From Candidatus Moanibacter sp. (GTDB lineage: Bacteria > Verrucomicrobiota > Verrucomicrobiia > Opitutales > UBA2987), in NCBI GenBank assembly GCA_965226025.1, contig CBDDCD010000002.1, forward strand, positions 2,662,216 through 2,726,215: a stretch of 64,000 bases of DNA, given 5' to 3'. The notes under the pieces were generated by a model, which was not told the origin of the DNA, ran no database searches, and saw only the letters and a list, made by a program, of their open reading frames with translations. Positions 43,215-53,021 of this stretch are shown piece by piece; the first letter of the stretch is position 1, and each line of letters opens with the position of its first letter. Position numbers and translations under genes: made by a program.

Positions 43215-44402
43215 ATGTTCTTCGAAATTGGTAAAAAAAATACAATCTTGAACGCTAACCCGTCACTCGAAAGCCGTGACTTGGAACTCGCAACTCCCGC
43301 CCGCGAAGCGGCCGGGCAGTGGCGGCTTATCGGAATGCGGTTTCGACGTCACCGATTGGCGGTATGGTTTCTCTATATCCTAACGGCCCTTTACGTTCTG
43401 GCGGCCGTTGCGGAAATTGTCTCCCCCTATTCCAAATCTCGAAAAAACGTTCAGTACTCATACGCTCCGCCGCAGATCCCCGGGTTCAGTTTTGGCGACG
43501 GTTTCTATGTCTACGACCAGGTACAGAAGACGGATGAGGTGACCCTTGCACGATACTACGAGGTAAACCGTGAAGTTCGCATACCACTCGGATTTCTAGT
43601 AAAGGGAGAACCCTACCGAATTTGGGGCATATTTGGGGCCCAGCGTCGACTCTTTGGCGTTAAGCAGGAGTCGTTCGGGAGAAAATATCCGGAAAGGGAA
43701 ACTCCCGATTTTCACTTTTTTGGCGCCGATCAATTTGGGCGCGACATTCTCAGCCGTATCATTTTCGGATCACGCATCAGCCTCTCGATCGGACTTCTCT
43801 CTATATTCTTCACTTTCGTCCTCGGGGTCTCAATCGGAGGAGTCTCCGGCTACTTCGGAGGCAAAGTTGATATCTTGATTCAGAGGCTCATTGAAGTCCT
43901 CAATTCGTTTCCTCATCTGCCCCTGTGGTTGGCCCTTGGCGCCATTCTGCCGGCCGAGTGGAGTTCCCTCAAGGTCTATTTCTGCATCACTCTCATAGTC
44001 AGCCTTCTCAACTGGACCGGACTGGCACGCATTGTCCGGGGAAAGATCTTATCGCTGCGCGAGGAGGACTATGCGATCGCGGCACGCCTTCTTGGAGCGA
44101 ACGATGTTCGCATTCTTTTCCGGCATCTGATTCCAGGATTTACCAGCCACATCATCGTTGCTCTTACTCTGAGCGTACCGGTCATGATTCTGGCCGAGAC
44201 CTCGCTCAGTTTTCTCGGACTGGGTCTGCGTCCTCCCGTTGTCAGTTGGGGGGTGATGCTGCAAGACTGCCTCGATCTTCAGGTCGTGGCCAATTACCCG
44301 TGGCTTCTGATTCCGATCTACTTCGTCGTCGTGGCGGTTCTCGCCTTCAACTTTGTCGGCGACGGGCTGCGGGATGCTTCGGATCCATACTCCGCACGCT
44401 AA
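43215..44402 (+). CDS. ABC transporter permease (DppC/OppC/YejE-type), paralogue of 36609..37796
   Basis: FFGADQFGRDILSRIIFGSRISLSIGL. Colinear with the first copy. Confidence 0.85.
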   Translation: MFFEIGKKNTILNANPSLESRDLELATPAREAAGQWRLIGMRFRRHRLAVWFLYILTALYVLAAVAEIVSPYSKSRKNVQYSYAPPQIPGFSFGDGFYVYDQVQKTDEVTLARYYEVNREVRIPLGFLVKGEPYRIWGIFGAQRRLFGVKQESFGRKYPERETPDFHFFGADQFGRDILSRIIFGSRISLSIGLLSIFFTFVLGVSIGGVSGYFGGKVDILIQRLIEVLNSFPHLPLWLALGAILPAEWSSLKVYFCITLIVSLLNWTGLARIVRGKILSLREEDYAIAARLLGANDVRILFRHLIPGFTSHIIVALTLSVPVMILAETSLSFLGLGLRPPVVSWGVMLQDCLDLQVVANYPWLLIPIYFVVVAVLAFNFVGDGLRDASDPYSAR

Positions 44403-44440
44403 TGTAATATGGAGCTACGAAGCCGCAACGAATCCACAAA

Positions 44441-44566
44441 GTTCGGGACAAGGTTCGAGACGAGGTTTGCTTCGCTGATTCCGAACAGGTAGGTCGAATT
44501 AGGTCCGGTGCCCAGAGGGCGAAAGGAACTCCGATTACCCTGGAAACCTCGTCTCGAACCTTGTCC
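44441..44566. repeat. Family-A hairpin repeat
   Basis: GTTCGGGACAAGGTTCGAGACGAGGTTT ... AAACCTCGTCTCGAACCTTGTCC. Confidence 0.85.
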
Positions 44567-44654
44567 AATGATTCGAAAACCAAAAAGTTCAGAGATCCAA
44601 GATCAGTTCTTCTCCTATTGCACAGGAATCCTTGCCCTGTATGATTCAGAGCAG

Positions 44655-44804
44655 TCGAGGACAAGGTTCGAGATAAGGTTCGGGACGAGGTTTGCTCCGC
44701 TGAATCCGAACAGTTAGGTTGCAGGAAGTGCTTTGCCCGGAGGGCGAAAGGAACTCCGACCACCCTGGAAACCTTATCCCGAACCTCGCTCCCGAACCTT
44801 GTCC
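44655..44804. repeat. Family-A hairpin repeat
   Basis: TCGAGGACAAGGTTCGAGATAAGGTTCGGGACGAGGTTT ... AAACCTTATCCCGAACCTCGCTCCCGAACCTTGTCC. The loop is homologous to that of 44441-44566. Confidence 0.85.
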
Positions 44805-44861
44805 TGAAGTAGGACGACCAGGTTAACGACGAGGTTTACCACATAGCTTCGGTGCTAGCCA

Positions 44862-46507
44862 CTACCAATACCTCGGAACTTCCTCCTCGACCTTGGTCAT
44901 CATCTCGAGGACCGCGGGCCTCCCGGCCCTATTGGCTTCGAGACCTCGGCGAAGGGCCGCCCCTATTTGGTCAGGTGCCTCAACCCTTTCGGCGTAGGCG
45001 CCAAGTCCCTCCCCGACTTTGGTGTAGTGGCCTCCTAGCTTGTTGCTGCCCCAGTGCTCGCTGGCAAAGGGCATATGTTGGTCGTAATGAGTCATCACTC
45101 CGTTGTTGAGGACCACCGTCAGGATAGGAATCTCCGATCTGACCGCAGTTTCCACGTCCATGCCCGCCATGCCAAAGGCAGCATCACCCATAATATTGAT
45201 AACCTGCTTATCAGGATCCGCCAGCTTTGCTCCCATGGCCAGCCCCAGGCCGTAACCTAGCTGGGTCGACTTCCCCCATCCGATATATCCTCTAGGCTTC
45301 TGTGATTCCCAGAAAGGGACGAGCTGGTCCCGGGGATATCCGGAATCGTGCGTGATGATGGTGTTGGCTACATTGACCGCTCTGGCCAGTTCCGTGAATA
45401 CCCGGTAGGGGCTAATCGGTACTTCATCCGAGTTGAGCCTGGGACTCCACTCTTTCATGAACTCCGCTTTGATTTTGATTATCTCGTCGGCGACACCATG
45501 GACGTCCTCCCGCCCCTGTTCACCCAATTCTCGCTTGATCTCATCGATAACCTGTCTCAGCACAATGCGGGCATCGCCTATTGCTCCGTAGCTGATCCGA
45601 TGATCCTTGTTAACGTCATCGGAACAGTTCGTGATCTGCGCCAGGGGGATCTCCACAGGCATAGGTGCGTTGAAAGTAGTGATCGTGAAGCTGGTTCCAA
45701 TCCCAAGGACGAAATCGGTTTTTTTGAGGAAATGGTCGACCATCAACGTGCCGGTGTGACTGCCGGTGCCCAGCGCCAGTCGGTGATTCTCCGGGAATGC
45801 GCTCTTGCCCGCCAGCGTCGTCATGACGGGGACTTGGATGAGTTCGGCCAGTTCCAGCAACTCATCCGTAGCCTCTGCCCAGAGGACCCCCTGTCCCACA
45901 TTGACTACCGGACAGGAAGCCTTGAGGAGCGCGCCCACTAGTTCTTGCACATCGTCCGGATCTGCTCCCGATCGGTAGGGTCTAACCGGCTCGTAATGAA
46001 AAGCTTCCTCCGTGAATTCCTCCGTCCCTACATCACGGGGAATCTCTATCAGGACGGGACCGGGCCGCCCATGTTTGAGTTGACTGAAAGCCCTCCGCAT
46101 CAGCTCGGGAATGCGGTCTACCAGGTTGATCTCGGCCGACCACTTGGTCACTCCCCCGTAATTCCGAACCGCCTCAAAATTAGGATGTACTTGGGTGCGA
46201 TTTCGCGGTTGTCCACCGGGAAGCAGCAGGATGGGAATGGAATCAGCATAGGCCTGCGCCACCCCTCCGAAGGCGTTCTCCGCCCCGGGTCCTGTTTGCA
46301 TGATAAAAAGCCGATGTTCCTGCCGTTCCGGACCCGGCTGAACCCGTCCGCCATGTTCACGCCGGTGCGCTCGGTGCGGCTCAATATTGGCCTGATTCCC
46401 TCACGGGCCGCCTCGTCAATCAGCGGCTGGGCCGGAAATGCCCCCACCCATTCGACCCCTTCCGCCTTGAGAATCTTAGCTATAACCTGGTCCCCGTTCA
46501 TCGCCAT
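44862..46507 (-). pseudogene. Thiamine-diphosphate-dependent enzyme (acetolactate-synthase/sulfoacetaldehyde-acetyltransferase-like), split by a 1-nt frameshift in a homopolymer
   Basis: The N-terminal ORF 46148..46507 (..GVNMADGFSRVRNGRNIGF) and ORF 44862..46301 (MQTGPGAENAFGGVAQAYADSIPILLLPG .. IMGDAAFGMAGMDVETAVR) join if the A5 run at 46305-46309 is A6. Confidence 0.75.
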
Positions 46508-46765
46508 CTCCTCCTTCGACGGATGCTAAGTCTACTTTCAACGAAAAGTCGACCTTCGCTTTCCGTTGTTTTCTCAATCCGTTGGGCATGCCTCTCCTCC
46601 CCATTCGTTGCTCATAATCTCTTCAATTAGCGTAGATTTGCGTGATTCGTAATTGGTTTCCTAACACGGGTTGGTTGCGGCTTCGCTGCTCTAGATGACA
46701 TTTATGGTTCTTCCGGGTTTGGTGTGGGATTCCGTCCGCCATGGCCGGTGTCGCAGCTCTCTAAT

Positions 46766-47042
46766 CTTTGTCGTGAGCTTTGTCGCCATTCTTGGTTTCG
46801 ATCCCACGAGAAAGCTTTCGATCCCGCTCAGCGGGTCTTACGACCAAGTTTGCGAGGAGGCTCTTTATCCCGTGAGGGAAACTTCGTCGTAAGCTTGGTC
46901 GCGAGCTTAGTCGACTTCTCTCTCTCTCTCTCTCTCTCTCTCTATGTCAGAGATGAGGTTCTATCTGCCGGCACAAGATACACATGGTGGAAAGTAGAAT
47001 CGACCAAGTTTAAGCCAAAGCTCGCGACAAAGAGGCTCTCGC
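46766..47042. repeat. Two tandem family-A' hairpin elements
   Basis: First element: CTTTGTCGTGAGCTTTGTCGCC (46766) pairs with CTTACGACCAAGTTTGCGAGGAGGCTC (46837). Second element: TCGTCGTAAGCTTGGTCGCGAGCTTAGTCGAC (46884) pairs with ATCGACCAAGTTTAAGCCAAAGCTCGCGACAAAGAGG (46999). Confidence 0.65.
46917..46943. repeat. (TC)13 dinucleotide microsatellite
   Basis: Uninterrupted TCTC...TCT, 27 nt, inside the loop of the second A' element. Confidence 0.95.
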
Positions 47043-47211
47043 AGAATTCAGGGACGGAAGCTCAATAGAAAATCCCACACAATAGTCCGAGGAACGTTAT
47101 CTGTCACAGTCCAATATCATCTGGCAGATCCATCGGATAGACTGTTTGGTGCCACGTTTCCAAGGTACGAATTGACGCGAATCCTGCAGCTGATATGTTC
47201 GACACCGTATC

Positions 47212-50200
47212 ATGCGGCGATTCTGCGACAGGGAGGGGGACATCAAATTTGGAGAGAGACAATCCACTGGCAGGCACGGATTTGTCCGCATGGGTTTCGG
47301 GGGCGCTCTGCTCGTCGGTTTGTTACTCGGCTTGAACATCCCGTCGTTGGCCCACGGGACGAACAGCGTGATCCAGGGCACCATTACCGATACCGGCGGC
47401 GTGCCCCTTTCGGGCATTACCGTGAAACGGGTCTACGAGGGCGCATTCTCTTTTGAAAGCGAATCGACCACCACCAACGCTTCCGGCGAATATTCATTCA
47501 GCAACATTGCAGAGAATGCGAGTTGGATCGTGGCGGGAAAGAACGGATACGCGGAGGAGTGGTACAACAGCACCGGGGACGAGATATTCAATAAATCGAC
47601 ATTCAGTACGCCGGTACCCCCGGAGGAGGCCGAGGAGCTGATCCTTCCGGATAACACCACCCTGACCGATATCGACATTGACCTGGGCAATGCGGCTTCC
47701 ATCACGGTCACCGTCCAGGATACGACCGCCGCGCCCCTGAACGGATTCAGCGTCAAGGTATGGTATTCAGAGGACGGCAGATTCAGATCCGGTCCCTTCG
47801 TCTCTACGAACTCTTCCGGAATCGCCGTGATCGACGATCTCTGGCCCGATAGTTACCTGGTTAGGGTGGCCAACGGGAGTACCAACACTATCGACCAATA
47901 CTTTGACGGTATCGATTATTTCGGAAGTGAATCGCCGCCACCCGCCGAGGCGACATCCATTCCCCTGACCTTTGGTTCGACCGCCTCCATCGTGATGACG
48001 ATCAAGGAAGGCATTATGGCCGAAGTCGCCCTTCTGGACAACCAGGGGCAACCGGTGGCTTCCGAGTTCGTCGAAGCGCGCAGTAAGTCCGGCGGGCGGC
48101 TGGGAAAAAGTGACACGACCGACTTCAATGGCGTGGCTCGCCCCTTCAAGCTGCCTCCCGAAGAGGTATTCTTCGTGGCCCGCGAGGGCGCCAGCGGAAA
48201 CCTGACCGAGTACTATTCGGTTGAGGATGACGGGACCGACGACGCTTGGGTCACCGGAAGTTTTTCCCCACCCGTGTTCAATGCCGATTCCATCCCGCTA
48301 CAAATCGGCGTAACGGAAATTTTGACCATCAACCTCGATCGGAAACCGCGGATCAACCTCACCCTGACGGACGCAAATGCGACGATTTTCGACGATCTGA
48401 CGGTAAAGGTGTTGACCGACCGCGGCGAGGAGACGGAGCGAAAGTTCATCACTCCGGCGGACAACAACCAGCTCGTGCTCGATGCCTTCCTAGGGGTTAA
48501 TTACATCAACGTCACCCGGCAGCTCTTCGGGTCAGCCACGCCCTCCAACATCCGCCCAGGCTGGTATGATGGGATAGAGACCTACGACAATGATCATGTC
48601 CCTATCAGTGCACCCCTATCTATTTGCCCAATCCGGGAGACACCATCGACATCACTATGACCCTAGCAGAGGGTGCGACCGCAACGGTTCACGTCTTTAC
48701 CGTCGAAGAGGCGGGTCCCGCGGTCGCGGCGCAATCGGTCGAGGGGGCCGAAGATGGAATCGCGTCCAAACCCCTTGAAGAGGAGGAATTTCCGGGCTCG
48801 AAAACCGTCGTCAACGTGGATCAGGAAGACGTGGAAATCTCGTTCGAGGACCTGTTTGGCGACGAAGTCTCAAACGCGATGACCGACTCGAACGGCATGA
48901 CGACGGGGGAAGGGCTCATTCCCGGCGAGCACGAGGCCATCGCCGATCCACCGGAAGGGAGCATGTTCGCTCCGAAAAAGGAAAGCGCCATTTTCATAGA
49001 AGAAGATAATCAGGATGTATGGGAGTTTGAGCTTCCTCAAGGAGGCAGCGTGATGGGAACGGTCAGAAGTGACTGTGGGGGGGAAAACAAGCCGTTTACC
49101 CAGCTCCACATTTCGTTGATCCCCATTGTGGGCGAAATTGCGCAACAGTTCATCGGCCAACCCATGGTTGATAATGAGGGCAACTTCCAGGAGGATGGCC
49201 TGGCGCCGGGTATGTATGAGGTGAACGCCTTTGCCTTCGGGGCAGGATCAGGAATCTCCCCTACTCCGGAAGTGATGCCGGACAAGATCTTCGAAGTTAT
49301 GGAGGACATGACCACCAACCTCGAATTCTGCTTCGAGTTCGGGGGAACCGCCAAAGGAACCGTCACCTACGAATCCACCGGCGACCCGGCCGAGGGCGTG
49401 AGAGTGGTGGCCAAGGATGCCGACACCGGCGAGGACTTCGGGCTGGGCGGCAACACGGATGGCATCGGTGCGTTCGAGGTCGACGGGATCCCTGTGGACA
49501 GAAATTTCGTAGTAGTAATGGAGAACCGCAACGACGATCCCGAACCCGAAGAAAAATGCGTTGATTCTTTCGCGGTCGATGAAACCAGGACCAACTCCCT
49601 CCCGGTCGAATCCTTCAGGCCGACTTTCCCGACGGAAGCCAATAGATATGTGATCTCCGGCGCCGGCGAAGTGGTCGAAGGAATCAAGATCCTGACAAAG
49701 CCGGGCGGTAGTGTCAGCGGCCAAGTCATCTCCGACCGTGACCAGAAGCCGATCCGGAGTGTGCAGGTCCGTGCTTGGGTTGCTCCATCATTCGAGGAGA
49801 CCCTGAAGCAAACCTTCTCCGATATTGACGGGAATTGGTACCTCGACGGCCTGGATCCCGACAAGGAAGTAGTTATACAGCTCAGTACTGATACCTTCAC
49901 TGACAAGTGGTCGGGCGACGTCGATTTTGACGGCGACATTCCGCCCGCCAACGTGGAGCCGGTGACACCCGGGTCGGGGATAGACCTCGATTTCGCCTTG
50001 AGCGGCGGGGCGGGACCTGAGGTGTCCGATCTGTCGATCACGAAGATGACCCTCACCCCCGATGTCGAGCTCGGGGAGCAAACTATCATCTACGACATCT
50101 TCGTTGAGAACAGAGGGCCGCATCTACTAAACGTGGGCAACGCCGCGGACATCCTGCAGGAGGAGACCGAGGACTCGATTCCGGTTTCGGTTCCGATCGA

Positions 50201-50753
50201 CCAGATCATTTTCATCGATATCGAGCGCCTGGGCGTAAAGGAGCGGATCCCCATTACCCTGGAAGTGGTGCCCATCAAAGACGGTGTCCTGATGAACCAA
50301 GCGACGGTCATAAACATGACTGGAGTCGATCCCGATCTCAACAACAACCAGGCCTTCGTCCCGGTCGTGGTCAGCGCGCCGGTCGACAGCGACGGCAACG
50401 GAATTCCCGACTACTGGGCTCAATTGAATAATCTTGTGGAGCCGGTCGACCCCGACGGTGATCCGGACGGGGACCTCCGCACGAACGCTCAAGAATACAC
50501 ATATGGTACCGATCCCAATGTGCACAATATCGACCAATTGTTCGACGCTATCCATCGTCCCAATCTCGTCACCACCAAGCTCTCGTTCAAATCCGAGGTG
50601 GGCCGGATCTATACGCTTCAGAGGGCCAGCAACCTGGAGCTGGGAAACTGGGCCACGATTGACAAGGTCGGCGGCAACGGCAACACAATCATGTTTTCCA
50701 TCCCGTCTCTCGGCGACAAAGAATTCTACCGACTCATCGTCACGGTTCCGTGA
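47212..50753 (+). CDS. Very large secreted repeat protein (carboxypeptidase-regulatory-like beta-sandwich repeats, C-terminal DxDxDG calcium-type repeats), split by a 1-nt frameshift
   Basis: Signal-like MGFGGALLVGLLLGLNIPSLAHG and GTITDTGGVPLSGITVKRV..NASGEYSFSNI. Late in the protein: DSDGNGIPDYW..DPDGDPDGDLRTNAQEY. ORFs 47212..48660 and 48624..50753 join if C4 (48613-48616) is C5 or T3 (48623-48625) is T4. Confidence 0.7.
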
Positions 50754-50824
50754 TTAGAATCCTCAATGTTCATGCCCTTCGACGGGCTCAGGGTTTTTCA
50801 ATGGGTTTTCGGGCCATTCTGAGG

Positions 50825-51403
50825 CGACGAAATCAACGGCAAGTTCGTCGAAATGCTCACGTCCCGCTGAGCGCATTGGCGTCAACCTAACGAACAGAAT
50901 TCGACGTAAAGATTGAATCGGGTTGTTGTTTCACAGCCGTCTCGTAAGGGCATTTGTTAGAGCACTGAGATCACGTCTTCCCTTTCATTGATGCTTCCTC
51001 GATCAAAGACAATGGAAGCAACAGACCGAACTCTCCGAATCATCGCTCTTCTACTTTCCAAACTCTTCAGCGAAACCTACCCGTCACTGCAACTAAAAAT
51101 GATCCGATCGGATCATTTTTAGTTGCAGTTAGGCTCGGAATTCGGACAAAACTGGTCTGTTTGAGGTCCTGTGGTTGGGCAAAACCTCTGAGGGAATTCG
51201 ACTGAGAAGTGGCAACCACTCAGTCGGATCTCGGCTTCAGACTGCTCCAGTGGTTTTGCGAATCGCTTGGCGTCCACCTAAGGGCGATCGGCGACCAGGG
51301 TCTGAGAGGGCCGATTCTGGGCTATAGTAATTGAAGGAAACAAGGTTGACGCATTAGCGCTCGGCAGGACTACGAGCACCGAATGGGACGTGAGCATTTC
51401 GTC
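50825..51403. repeat. About 580-bp non-coding element bounded by imperfect terminal inverted repeats (family-D related)
   Basis: The left end CGACGAAATCAACGGCAAGTTCGTCGAAATGCTCACGTCCCGCTGAGCGCATTGGCGTCAACC (50825-50887) matches the right end GGTTGACGCATTAGCGCTCGGC..GGGACGTGAGCATTTCGTC (51344-51403). No convincing ORF lies inside. Confidence 0.7.
51087..51128. repeat. Perfect 42-bp palindrome
   Basis: CTGCAACTAAAAATGATCCGA followed directly by its exact reverse complement TCGGATCATTTTTAGTTGCAG. Confidence 0.95.
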
Positions 51404-51687
51404 CTCTTGGACCCCGATAGTTTCAGACTCGACTGATTCGGCTCCGTGCTAGTGCATCCACCCTCGAGAGCAGAGCTAATGAGGTAGACCGGGCACCGTG
51501 ACATGCCCGGAAAGCAGGTGCCCCCGGGAGGCCGGTCTGACTTGGGCTGTGACCAGGGATCACACCATACTCAAAGGGACTACGACTCATACATCACAGT
51601 GCACGGACAAGTACACGATTCTTGTTTCGCTACGAGGACCTTTCTCTTGTCGTGCACCCAATCGTGCTCTGTGATCGAAGCTCCACG

Positions 51688-52722
51688 ATGAAAGATAGAA
51701 GAAAGACATGTCTGATGATCGGGGCGGGCGGTATGGCCGAAAGCTGGATCGGGTGGTGGACCGAGCAGTTTGGAGATCGTGTCAGGATTGAAGGGCTCGT
51801 GGAGGTCAATCCAGAGGTGCTGCGATATCGGGGAAACTCCCTGGGGCTCGACAAAGGTCGGTTGTTTACGGATGCGGACGTGGCGATCGACTCAGTCGAC
51901 TGCGATTTCGTGGGCATTGCCACGCCGCCGGAATTTCACTCCTTGGCGGCCGTAAAAGCCTTGGAGAAGGGGCTTCCTGTCATCTGTGAGAAACCGATTG
52001 CGAGTACAGTGGACGAAGCGAAGGCAATGTTCCGCGCCGCGAGAGCATCCAGCGCACCGTGCGTCATCATTCAGAACTATCGTTACGCGCCCGACATACA
52101 GGAGCTGGTTCGAATCCGCGAAGAGGGGAGATTAGGCCGGTTGCAGCACATAGTGGGACGCTATGCCTGCGACTATCGAAAGGAGGAAGAGTGGCGTCAT
52201 GACAGGAACCTCGGCCTTTTTTTCGAGGGAGCGGTGCACCATTTCGATATGTTGCGGTTTCTCGCCGGAGGTGATTGCGAAATTTTGAGTGGATTTGGGT
52301 GGAATCCCGATTGGTCGAGTTTCCCGGATGTTTCCAGTGGCCTTTTCATTCTCCGAATGGACAATGGCGTCCACGCTTGTTACGAGGGCAACAACACCGC
52401 GGCCGGTTTGACCAACTGCTGGCATCGGGAGCATTACCGGGCCGAGTTCGAAGAGGGGACAGTTGAAGTGTCCGGTGGGACAAAGATAGCGATTCATCGC
52501 AACGGCAGAGAAGCGGAAGTCTACGACGCACCCGACATGGCCCTTGAGGGCCACGAGTATCTGTTCGCCGAATTCCTGGACTGGCTCGATGGTGGACCAC
52601 CGTCGGAGACGCGCATAGAAGACAATATCAGGAGTTTCGCTATGACGATCGCTGCCCTAGAGGCTTGTGTGGATGGCGAGACGAAGCGAGTAGGCGACTA
52701 CCTGGCGGATATAGGAACTTAG
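51688..52722 (+). CDS. Gfo/Idh/MocA-family oxidoreductase
   Basis: The start is taken at MKDRRKTCLMIGAGGMAESWI (Rossmann motif). Also ..ICEKPIAS... Confidence 0.8.
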   Translation: MKDRRKTCLMIGAGGMAESWIGWWTEQFGDRVRIEGLVEVNPEVLRYRGNSLGLDKGRLFTDADVAIDSVDCDFVGIATPPEFHSLAAVKALEKGLPVICEKPIASTVDEAKAMFRAARASSAPCVIIQNYRYAPDIQELVRIREEGRLGRLQHIVGRYACDYRKEEEWRHDRNLGLFFEGAVHHFDMLRFLAGGDCEILSGFGWNPDWSSFPDVSSGLFILRMDNGVHACYEGNNTAAGLTNCWHREHYRAEFEEGTVEVSGGTKIAIHRNGREAEVYDAPDMALEGHEYLFAEFLDWLDGGPPSETRIEDNIRSFAMTIAALEACVDGETKRVGDYLADIGT

Positions 52723-53021
52723 AAGATATGGGCACGGATTGAAACATTACGTACTATAGTTTCGTAAGGTTTCATATTTTTGCCCGCCATCTTTTTGCCA
52801 TTTTCCTTGGCGCTGACATCGTTCAACCCACCCCAAACCCCTCCCAGGAGGGGATCGACTGGAGAGCACGATTAAGATCCACGACGCGAGAGGGGAACTT
52901 GCTCAATCTATGGTCGTGCCTCTTAATCGTGTACTATAGACGAAAGGTGGGACCGTCGACCGAAGAGCACGACTAAGAATCACGACGGGAGAGTATTTGA
53001 AGAGCTTTTGAAAAAACGCTG

